Below are positions 17,572 through 26,000 of a DNA stretch of 39,539 nt, one piece after another (positions within the stretch are counted from its first letter, which is position 1; each line of letters opens with the position of its first letter). This stretch comes from Thermoplasmata archaeon (GTDB lineage Archaea > Thermoplasmatota > SW-10-69-26 > JACQPN01 > JAJPHT01). Both the position numbers and the translations under genes were made by a program. The notes under the pieces are model-generated. The model saw only the letters and a program-made list of their open reading frames with translations, had not been told where the DNA came from and searched no databases. The stretch spans positions 1 to 39,539 of the forward strand of contig JAXDQU010000002.1 of assembly GCA_034667685.1 (NCBI GenBank). The letters are read 5' to 3'.

Positions 17572-19500
17572 TCAAGCAGGCGGCAGCTTGCGCTGGCCCG
17601 TGCGCACGCGCGTCTCGTGGACGACGCGCTTGTCGGGGAAGCGCGCGCGCAGGAAGTCGAGCACGGCCTGGTCGGTCGTCCACACGCGCACCCAGTCGTC
17701 GGGCGCGCGCATGCCGCGGCCCACCTGCTGGAGGAGCGTGCGGCGCGCGCAGTCGCGGGCGTAGCGCCAGAAGGCGCCCTCGCCGATCTCGTCGCCGTAC
17801 TTCTGCGCGAACTTCTTCTTGATCGCCTGCAGCTTCGGGTCGCTGATATCAGGCAGCGGGAGCTTGATCAGCACGAGGTCGCGGCAGAGGTCGCCCTTGA
17901 GGTCCACGCCGCGGTTCATGCGCGTGGAGGCGATCTCGTCCGTCTCGCCCGCGAGGAAGCGGCGCAGCGTCTCGTCGCTCTCGCGCTCCTTCTCCAGGAG
18001 CTTCACGACCTTGCGGGCCGCGGCGCTCCACTCGGCGATGCTTTCGAGATATCCTTTTCCGTGCACGACGTAGGCCGTCGGCCCCTTGGCGTGCTTCTGG
18101 ATGAACGACAGCGCGCGGTCGAACCCCTCGCGCAGCGGCTGGCCCTGCGGGCCGTACCACGCCTCCCAGCGCACCGGGACGGGCGCGGCGGCCGGGTCCT
18201 CGGGCACGCACAGGTGGAGCTGGCCCTGGTACGCCGTCTCGCCCTGCACGATCACGGGGTTGCGGAAGCCGTACACGTCGCGCAGGATCGCGGCGTCCTG
18301 GAGCGTCGCGCTCATCCAGAGGCGCTTCGGGCCGCTCTTCGCCAGCAGCGAGCGGAGGATCACCTGCGGCTCGCCCACGGCCACGAGGTAGCGGTCCTCC
18401 TTCTTGGTGCACACGAGCGCGTCGGGGTGCTCCAGCGCGTCGCGGAGCTGGCCGGCGCGGCGGGCGGGCTCGTCCCCCTCCATGCTCTCGTAGACCTTCG
18501 CGACGGCCTGCATCGTCTCGACGGGCGGCTCGCACTCGCCAAGCTGCGTCTTGTCCGCGAGCCGCTTGCGCGCCTCCTGCAGCTCCGCGACGACGGCCTT
18601 GTCGCGCGCGCTGGGCCTCGCGTCCGGGTCGAGCCTTCCCTTTTTTGATAGCGACACGAAGCGGCGCAGGAGCGTGTCGATCTCGTGGGCGCCGATCTCG
18701 ACCGTGCTGCCCAGCGAGTCGAGGAAGTGGTCGGCCTCGTCGAACACCTCGACGTCGAGCCGCGGCTTGCGCGCCAGCGAGGTCTCGGCCTCCCACTTCG
18801 CCTGGTTCATGACGATGGCGTCGGCCTCGGAGTAGGCGGCGTACTGCGCGAAGTAGGGGCACGGGTTGCCGCGCGCGACGTAGACGAACTCGTGGAACAC
18901 GGCCTCGTAGGGGCGGCCCTTCTCGGCGAGCTCCTGCTGGAAGGCCCACTCGGCCTCGGCGCCCTCGTGGAGGAACGTCGCGTCGGCGAGCTTCTGCGCG
19001 TTCTCGCCCTTGTAGACCGGCGACCAGTCGGGACACTTCATCGCCGCCTTCCAGCGGGGCGTCGAGCTCGGAAGCTCCTTCGTGCACACGAGGTCGGGCG
19101 AGGCCGCGTCCTTGCCGTGGAACGCGCAGTGGAAGCTCTTGCGCCCCTTCATGACGCGGATGCGCAGCATGCGCTTCTTGCGCGCGTCGCGGATGACGTA
19201 CTTGCCCTCGTAGTCCTCCGCGTACTGGTCCTGGAGGTTCTTCGTGGGCACCACGACGATGCCGCGCCCCATGTTGGCGATGACGTGGAGCGCGATGAGC
19301 GACTTGCCGCTCCCGAGGTTCGCGTGGAAGAACACGTCCGACGCGCCCTCGTCGAACGCGCGGATGATGTCGGCGACCGCGTCGAGCTGCGAGCCGCCAT
19401 GAGAATACGCTCGGGGGGAGAGCTTCTCCCCCCGAGCGGTTTCCAGACCCCAGAACGCCCGCTCCTGAGCCACAAGCGAGCGGGTAGTGTCCGAGGGCAT
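17572..19500 (-). CDS. DinG/XPD/Rad3-like SF2 helicase
   Basis: ANLGSGKS, FDEADH, MSAT, RGVDLKGD..R..VLIKLP, QQVGRGMR; four Cys compatible with an Fe-S cluster; TTAA box about 30 nt upstream of ATG 19500. Confidence 0.88.
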   Translation of the reverse strand: MPSDTTRSLVAQERAFWGLETARGEKLSPRAYSHGGSQLDAVADIIRAFDEGASDVFFHANLGSGKSLIALHVIANMGRGIVVVPTKNLQDQYAEDYEGKYVIRDARKKRMLRIRVMKGRKSFHCAFHGKDAASPDLVCTKELPSSTPRWKAAMKCPDWSPVYKGENAQKLADATFLHEGAEAEWAFQQELAEKGRPYEAVFHEFVYVARGNPCPYFAQYAAYSEADAIVMNQAKWEAETSLARKPRLDVEVFDEADHFLDSLGSTVEIGAHEIDTLLRRFVSLSKKGRLDPDARPSARDKAVVAELQEARKRLADKTQLGECEPPVETMQAVAKVYESMEGDEPARRAGQLRDALEHPDALVCTKKEDRYLVAVGEPQVILRSLLAKSGPKRLWMSATLQDAAILRDVYGFRNPVIVQGETAYQGQLHLCVPEDPAAAPVPVRWEAWYGPQGQPLREGFDRALSFIQKHAKGPTAYVVHGKGYLESIAEWSAAARKVVKLLEKERESDETLRRFLAGETDEIASTRMNRGVDLKGDLCRDLVLIKLPLPDISDPKLQAIKKKFAQKYGDEIGEGAFWRYARDCARRTLLQQVGRGMRAPDDWVRVWTTDQAVLDFLRARFPDKRVVHETRVRTGQRKLPPA

Positions 19501-19670
19501 CCCCGTCGGCCGCGAGACCCGCGTTGGGCTTAAGGAGTACGCAAAGGGGCCGCGGGCGGGGACCATTCCGGTGGAGCGGGTGCTTCTTGCGCTGCGCCGC
19601 CGATCGCGCGGCGCGCAGAACGTCGCCCCCGCGCGTGGGTTGAAGTAGGGCCTCCGACCAAGCCTCCCGC

Positions 19671-20366
19671 ATGGCGGCCTGGCGCCGGCACGTCGAGCTT
19701 GCGGCGCTCCTGGTCCTGGCGATCGTCCTCGCGGGCTACGCTTGCGTGTGGGCCCTGCACGCCGCGGACACCGTGGCGGCCTGGACGCTCCCGCCCCGCG
19801 AGATCGACGGCGGCCAAAGGCCGCAGCAGCCCTTCGAGGCCGCGCAGTTCCGGCTCGAGGTCGTCTTCGGCGCCGTGGGGCTGCTGATGATCCCGTTGGG
19901 CGGCGCGCTCATCGGCGCGCTCTGGCCCTCCAGCCACCGGCGCGCCATGGTCCTCGTGGGCGCGCTGGACGTCTGGTTCGCGCTGCGCTTCTTCGACGAC
20001 CGCTGGGTGCAGCCGCACTGGACGCCGACGCTCTCGGTCGCCACCACGGCCGCGGAGGGCTTCGCGCTCGCCGTCTTCGCCGCCGCGATGGCGTGGCGCG
20101 GACGACGCACGGCGTGGCTCGCGGGCCTCTCGCTGGCCTGCGTCGGGCTGGCGCACGCCGAAGCCGTCTGGACGATGGCGGGCTGGCCCGGGCCGTGGCA
20201 CCCGACCACCAACCCGTCCGCCGCCGCGCTCCAGGCGTCGACCTACGGGCTGCACGCCGTCGCGTGGGCGCTGATGGTGGCCGCGCTCGCCCTCGCGGCG
20301 TGGCCGCTGATCCGCGAGCCTCAGGCCAAGCACTTGACGGAGCCGTCGTTCTGGAACTCCTCGTAG
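19671..20366 (+). CDS. Polytopic membrane protein
   Basis: About six hydrophobic helices. Confidence 0.7.
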   Translation: MAAWRRHVELAALLVLAIVLAGYACVWALHAADTVAAWTLPPREIDGGQRPQQPFEAAQFRLEVVFGAVGLLMIPLGGALIGALWPSSHRRAMVLVGALDVWFALRFFDDRWVQPHWTPTLSVATTAAEGFALAVFAAAMAWRGRRTAWLAGLSLACVGLAHAEAVWTMAGWPGPWHPTTNPSAAALQASTYGLHAVAWALMVAALALAAWPLIREPQAKHLTEPSFWNSS

Positions 20367-20686
20367 ACGGCGCACGCGGCGGTCTGCCGGGCCGAGACGC
20401 AGAGGCGGAACATGTGGTCCATGTCGCCCGCGTAGGGGGAGCAGTAGGTGAGGCCCAGCGTGCCGGTCTGCGTCGACGCGTAGCAGGTGCGCGTCTCGGT
20501 CACGCCGCTGACGTGCTTCTGGTAGACGAGGCAGTCGCCCTGCGTGCCGGCGCAGACGTAGTACCAGTTGTAGTCCGCGACGTACGCGTACTCCACGCAC
20601 CTGTCGCCGGCGCTGGCCTGGGCGGCGGGCACGAAGGTCGCGAAGGCGGCGGCTAAAGCGAGCACGAGGGGGACGACGCGCATCAT
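20321..20686 (-). CDS. Secreted Cys-rich protein (8 Cys, two 4-Cys units)
   Basis: Signal ending PAAQA; internal similarity CLVY...TCYA versus CAVY...KCLA. Confidence 0.75.
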   Translation of the reverse strand: MMRVVPLVLALAAAFATFVPAAQASAGDRCVEYAYVADYNWYYVCAGTQGDCLVYQKHVSGVTETRTCYASTQTGTLGLTYCSPYAGDMDHMFRLCVSARQTAACAVYEEFQNDGSVKCLA

Positions 20687-20797
20687 GGCGCCGGGCGCAC
20701 CACCGCGCCACGCACATCAGGGCAGCGCGGTTGCAACATCCCCGCTGCGCGCAAGCTTGATGGCCGCGCCCACGCCTCGCGCGGCCGGAGGCATTCC

Positions 20798-21004
20798 ATG
20801 AACGTCACCCGCGTCCTCGTCCTCGGCCTGCTCCTCGTGCCCGCCCTCGTCCTCGTCACGCCCAGCGCGTCCGCCGTCGCGTGCAACTCGCACTTCACCG
20901 GCGTGAGCGAGGTCGACGCGGTGGAGTACCGCGCCTGCGCCACCGGCCTCGCCGCCGTCAACAACGCCTGCGGCAAGGTCACGCACCGCGTCTGCTTCGA
21001 GTAG
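20798..21004 (+). CDS. Small secreted Cys-rich protein (68 aa, 4 Cys)
   Basis: GGAGG RBS; signal ending PSASA. Confidence 0.75.
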   Translation: MNVTRVLVLGLLLVPALVLVTPSASAVACNSHFTGVSEVDAVEYRACATGLAAVNNACGKVTHRVCFE

Positions 21005-21009
21005 GGCGA

Positions 21010-21183
21010 TCAGCCCGCCGCGCGGCGCGGCCGGCGCACCAGCTCGCCCTGGCAATTGGGGCAGACGAAGCCGAACCCGCTCGCGCACGCCTCGCACCAC
21101 GTGCACTCGTAGCTGCACACGTAGGCGATGCCGGCCATCGGTGTCGCGGCGCCGCACTTCTCGCAGACGGCGCGCATCTCCAT
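21010..21183 (-). CDS. DUF1272-family Cys-rich small protein (57 aa; not in the ORF track)
   Basis: Translated by hand: MEMRAVCEKCGAATPMAGIAYVCSYECTWCEACASGFGFVCPNCQGELVRRPRRAAG; GGTG RBS. Confidence 0.88.
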   Translation of the reverse strand: MEMRAVCEKCGAATPMAGIAYVCSYECTWCEACASGFGFVCPNCQGELVRRPRRAAG

Positions 21184-21190
21184 GCGGCAC

Positions 21191-22513
21191 CTACGGCGTC
21201 GCCGGGCCTCCGAAGAGCCCCGTGCCGCCGGTCTGCACCGCGATGGTCGCGTAGGCGTCCGACCACTGGTCGTCGTTGGTCGTGGTCGTCAGGCAGGAGC
21301 TGACGCAGCCGTCCGCGAACGCGACGACGACCGCGCCGCCCGCCGTGACGCTGGCGTCCATGAAGTCGAGCAGGTTGCGGTGGCAGCTCCCCGAGGAGGG
21401 GCTCACGTCGTAGATGCAGCCGCGCTGCACCGGGTCGCTCGTCGCCTTCACGGTGCTCCACGTCAGGCCGCCGTCGTACGAGAACGAGACGTACAGGTCC
21501 CAGACCCCGTGGTAGCCCGCCGCGAAGGGGCTGCCGGTGCCGGTGGTGCTGCCGAGGAACGCGACGGCGACGCTGCCGTCGTTGCCCGCGACGACCGCCT
21601 GGAAGGTGCTGGCCGTGATGGCCGGGCTGACCGTGGACGCGAGGTCCGTGAGGCGGTCCCACGTCGCGCCGTGCGTCGTGGAGCGCCCGACCCACGGGTG
21701 CTGGTCGACGCCGTCCGCCCACGCCTCGTAGAGCGTGTTGTCGGGCGTCGTCGCGACCGACGGGTCGAAGCCGCCGCCGGTGGGCGAGGTGCGCGAGCCG
21801 GGGATCGTGTAGCTCAGCCACGTCTTGCCGTTCTGGTTGGTGGAGAAGCCGCCCTGCCGGCTGCCGCAGTACGCCGAGGGGACGTAGGCCGTGCCGTCCG
21901 CGCTGACCTTGACGTGGCCGTGGAAGCTCTGGCAGAGCGGAATCGAGACCGGCGCGCCGAACGTCAGGCCGCCGTCCATCGACGTGGAGCACTCGTCGGT
22001 GCCATCCTGCGCGCAGTAGTAGACCGCGCGGTTGGAGAGCGCGCCCAGCGGCGCCGTCCCGTGCCAGGGACCCACGCCGATCGACTCGTGGTCGAACGCG
22101 GGCAGCGCGCAGGCGTTGCCCTCCTGGACCCACAGCGCGCCGTCGTCGTCCGTGTACTGGAGCAGGCTGCACGCGGGGCCGATGCCGCCCGCGTACGTCC
22201 GGCCCGTCGCGCGGTCCGTGACGAGGATCGGGTCGAGGTTGAACACCGACTGCGGCGCCGTCACGTCCTGCCAGGTGGGCGAGCCGCCCGCGGGGAAGTT
22301 GATCTTGTACGTGCTGGCGAACGCCTGGAAGAACGCGCTGTCGGTCGCCGGGTCGACGCCGATGCTGGGCTCGCCCGCGTTGTTCGAGTTGCCCAGGCTG
22401 GAGGGCGCCGCGTACGTCGAGAAGGCGGGCGTGGAGCCGCCGGCCTGCGTGGCCGCGGGGAGCGCCGCGAGCAGGAGCACGGCGAGGATGGGGACGATCA
22501 GGACGCGACGCAT
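21191..22513 (-). CDS. Secreted BNR/Asp-box protein (sialidase-like propeller)
   Basis: Signal peptide; Asp-boxes TDDDGALW, SMDGGLTF, STTHGATW and SYDGGLTW. Confidence 0.85.
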   Translation of the reverse strand: MRRVLIVPILAVLLLAALPAATQAGGSTPAFSTYAAPSSLGNSNNAGEPSIGVDPATDSAFFQAFASTYKINFPAGGSPTWQDVTAPQSVFNLDPILVTDRATGRTYAGGIGPACSLLQYTDDDGALWVQEGNACALPAFDHESIGVGPWHGTAPLGALSNRAVYYCAQDGTDECSTSMDGGLTFGAPVSIPLCQSFHGHVKVSADGTAYVPSAYCGSRQGGFSTNQNGKTWLSYTIPGSRTSPTGGGFDPSVATTPDNTLYEAWADGVDQHPWVGRSTTHGATWDRLTDLASTVSPAITASTFQAVVAGNDGSVAVAFLGSTTGTGSPFAAGYHGVWDLYVSFSYDGGLTWSTVKATSDPVQRGCIYDVSPSSGSCHRNLLDFMDASVTAGGAVVVAFADGCVSSCLTTTTNDDQWSDAYATIAVQTGGTGLFGGPATP

Positions 22514-22631
22514 GGGGAGCCTCGGGTCCGCCAGGACCGTTCCACGTCAAGAGGATGCCGCCACGCGCATAGGATCTCATGAGGCTCGCCGCCGGCACGC
22601 GCTTCAAACGTGGGCCCGCGGATCGGGCCGC

Positions 22632-23075
22632 ATGCCCATCTCGTCCGCGCCGCTCGCGAAGAAGCTCATGCTCAAGCCCGGCATGAAGGGGCTCCTGCTC
22701 CACGCGCCCGCGGGATTCAAGCTCGACGTCCCGAAGGGCGCGACGCTCGCCACGAGGGCCAGCGCGAAGACGTACGACTTCGGCCTCGCGTTCGCCAAGG
22801 ACGCGAAGGCGCTCGCCAAGGTCGCGCCCGCGCTCGTGGGCCGCATGCGCGAGGACGCGATGGCGTGGATCGCGTGGCCCAAGAAGACGGGCTCCATCGA
22901 GACCGACCTCTCGCGCGACGGCGACTGGGACGCGCTCTGGGACACCGGCTGGGAAGGCGTCTCCCTCGTGTCGCTCGACGACGACTGGAGCGCGTGGCGC
23001 ATCCGGCCCTCGCCCAAGGTGAAGCGGAACGAGCGGGCGCTGAAGGCGATCGCGGAGCGCGAGGCGAAGCGCTAG
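22632..23075 (+). CDS. DUF3052-like protein
   Basis: LAKKLMLKPG...WIAWPKK...DLSRD...VSLDDDWSAWR pattern. Confidence 0.75.
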   Translation: MPISSAPLAKKLMLKPGMKGLLLHAPAGFKLDVPKGATLATRASAKTYDFGLAFAKDAKALAKVAPALVGRMREDAMAWIAWPKKTGSIETDLSRDGDWDALWDTGWEGVSLVSLDDDWSAWRIRPSPKVKRNERALKAIAEREAKR

Positions 23076-26000
23076 AAGAAATCGCTCAGCTTCGCCTTCT
23101 TCACCCGGTCGTTCGTGAAGACGCTATCAATCGAATCCGACACGTGCTCGATGCGCTGCTGCACGTATTCGGAGACGTCGAACCGCACGCAGACTTCCTT
23201 GCTCACTTCGAGGTACTTCTTGACCGAGCCCTCGTGGACGGTCATGGTGAGGTTCGCGTTGCCGCACTTGCGGCATTTGCCCGTGAGCGGAATGCGGCGG
23301 TACTTGGTGTTGCACTTGGTGCAGCGCATGGCCTGCTTGCTGAACGCCTTCAGGTTGCCCATCATGTCGGGCAGGAAGTGCGAGCCGATGACGCGCGCCG
23401 CGACGTCGGGCGCGTCCACCGCGCGGATGCGCGCCGCCAATTCGAGCTGCGCGGTCATCTTGTCCATCATGCTGCCGATGGTCTTGTAGGCCGACATCTC
23501 GGGGCCCTCGGCGATGTCGGCGGTGTCGTGCGTGAAGCCGAAGCCTTCGTACTGCGAGGGCTTGCCCAGGCGCTTCGCCACCATGTCGATCATCTTCTCG
23601 ACGTCCTTGGGCCCGGGGTGCGCGAGCGTCGCCTCGAAGAACTCCAGCGGGTACTCGAACATCGTGTCGACGTTGTGCGCCTCCTTGTCGACCTCGCTGG
23701 GGTCGAGGCGCATCGTGAGCGTGAGCGGCGCGTCCATCAGGCCGCCGCGGTTGCTGGGCAGGTAGACGCGCGAGAAGTTTAGCAATCCATCAAGGAGAAG
23801 CATAACACAATCTTCGTCGCCGTCGCATCGGATCTGGTAGAGGCCGTTCCCGAGCAGCACGTTCCGCGTCAGGAGGTCGTCGGAGCCCGAGTCCACGTCC
23901 AGGCAGTACGTGGGCTCGTCGGAGGCCTCGCGCCGCGCGACGCGCAGCACGCGGTCGAACAGGTGGTGCGCGCCCTCCTCCGGATCGAAGCGGCGACCCT
24001 CGACCTGGATCACGCGCGTGGGCTTGACGTTCTCCAGGAGCGCCGCGAGCCGCGACGCCTTCTCGGGATGCGCGGGCTCCACGAGCGCGGCGAACGCCTT
24101 GATGTCGGCGCCGTAGAGGCTCAGCGCGTCCACGGGACCGAGCGTCTCCGGCGGGGGGCGGCCCAACGCCTCGTAGCGCGCCCGCAAGAAAGAGCCGGGC
24201 TCGCGCGGCTCGCCGGGGACGAAACGCGCGAAGATGCCCTGCGACTGGAGGAGCGTGGCGAAGTCCTCCAGGAGCGCGCGGTTGGCCGAGTAGAGCCGCA
24301 GGCGGGGGGGCTCGACGAAGGCGCTGCCGTCCCCGTCGAAGTAGCCCGCGACGAGGCTCGCGACAAGAGCGTCGGGAAGCCCGTAGCACCAAGCAGGCAC
24401 GCGTTTCTCGTGCGCGCCTTCGCCGGCCTTCCAGACCTTGGCGAGGAGCAGGTACGCGATGCGGCTGGGAAGCGTGACCTTGCTCTCCTCCTCGACGGCC
24501 GGCTCGCGCCCGAACGTCTCCTGGATGACGCGCACGAGCCTCGCCCGCAGCGTCGGCTCGGGCACGCGCCAGCTCACCTGGTGCGCGCTGCGCGTCGAGC
24601 GCGCGTAGCCTTCCGCGAGGTAGAAGCCCAGGAGCCAGCAGAGGTCGCGCGTCGCGGGCACGCGGACGGGCATCGACGTGTCGTCGCGCGCGAAGGCGAG
24701 GCGGGCCTCCGCGGGAATCTCGCGCCACTCCGCGAGGCCGGCACGGGCCAGCGCCGCGTAGTGGGTCAGCGGGAAGCTCCGCAGCCAGCGCGAGGGGATG
24801 CGCCGCTGCGCCGGGGTCGCGCCGCAAAGCTCCTCGACGCGCTCGCGGCCGACGCGCGCGAGGAGCGCGCGGAGGAACGGCTCCGCGTCGCGCAGGCGCA
24901 GGGTCGCCGCCTCCGGGAGATCGGCCAGGAGCGCGCCCAGCTCGAAGGTCGGCGACGAGGTCTCCCGCGGGAGGCTCATGGCGACGGGGACCTGGTCGCC
25001 GGGCGCGACCTCCGAGGCGGGGACGTGCAGGAGCCGTCCCTCGCGGCGCACGAGCACGCGATGGTCGAGTGTTACCGTGATGCGCCGGTGCGTCGAGGTC
25101 TCGACGTCGATCCAGGAGCGCGTCGTCCCTTGGATGAGCTTGGTCACGCGCAGCCGGCGCGGCGCCATCGTCGCAGGATCGAGCGAGAGAATCTCCAGGG
25201 GCTCGTCGGGCTCCGCGACGCGCGTCCCGTGCCCGTCGAGGGCGCGTCCGCGCTGCGCGATCGCGGGCGCCACGAGGGCGTCGAGACGCGTCTTCTCGAC
25301 GCGCCCCTCGCGCAGGACGACGACCTCGGTGTCGCCGCGGAAGCAGTTCCTGCGCTTCGACGCATGGAAAAACGGGTGCCCATAGTGCCCTTGCGCGCGC
25401 GTGTGGCCGATGATGCGGCAGAGCACGCCGCCCGAGGTGTGGGGCGCGAGCGCGACGAAGAGGTGGCCGTAGAGGTCCTCGATCTTCTTGCAGTTGTAGT
25501 AGGGCTTGTAGCCGTAGAGCTTGACCAGCAGCTCGTCGACGTACTGCGACGCGCGCAGCATGTAGTCGAGGCACGACGTCGAGACGATGATGTCCTGGAC
25601 CTTGATCTCCAGGATCTGCTGGTCGTGGACGAGCGGGTCGCCCTTGATGTCAAAGAGGTAGCCCAGCTCCTTGAGCCGCTCGACGCTGACGTGGGCCTCG
25701 CGCGGCTTGAAGTGCGTGAGGGTGATGTTGATCATGTCGAAGCGGACCGTCGCGTCCTTGAACGTGAACAGGTTGTGCTTCGCGCGCAGGAGGCCTTTCT
25801 CGATGGGCTCGGGGCTCTTGCTCTTGGAGATGAGGCCCACGACGGCCTTGACGGCGTCGGGCGAGTCCTCCAGCTTGAGGCGCTCCATCGCGGCCTCCAC
25901 GAGCGGCGCGATCTCGACGGGGCGCGGCTCGATGCGCTCGCCCTCCTTGCGGCGGACCATCTCGGTGTGCGCGCCGCAGGCGTCGCAGCGGTACGTGATC

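Noticed and set aside
23828-25345. Class 3 intein assignment because of the block F Cys
   Set aside because: Residue 1 is a normal Cys and the block B Trp of the class 3 triplet is not evident. It also would not explain the terminal Arg.
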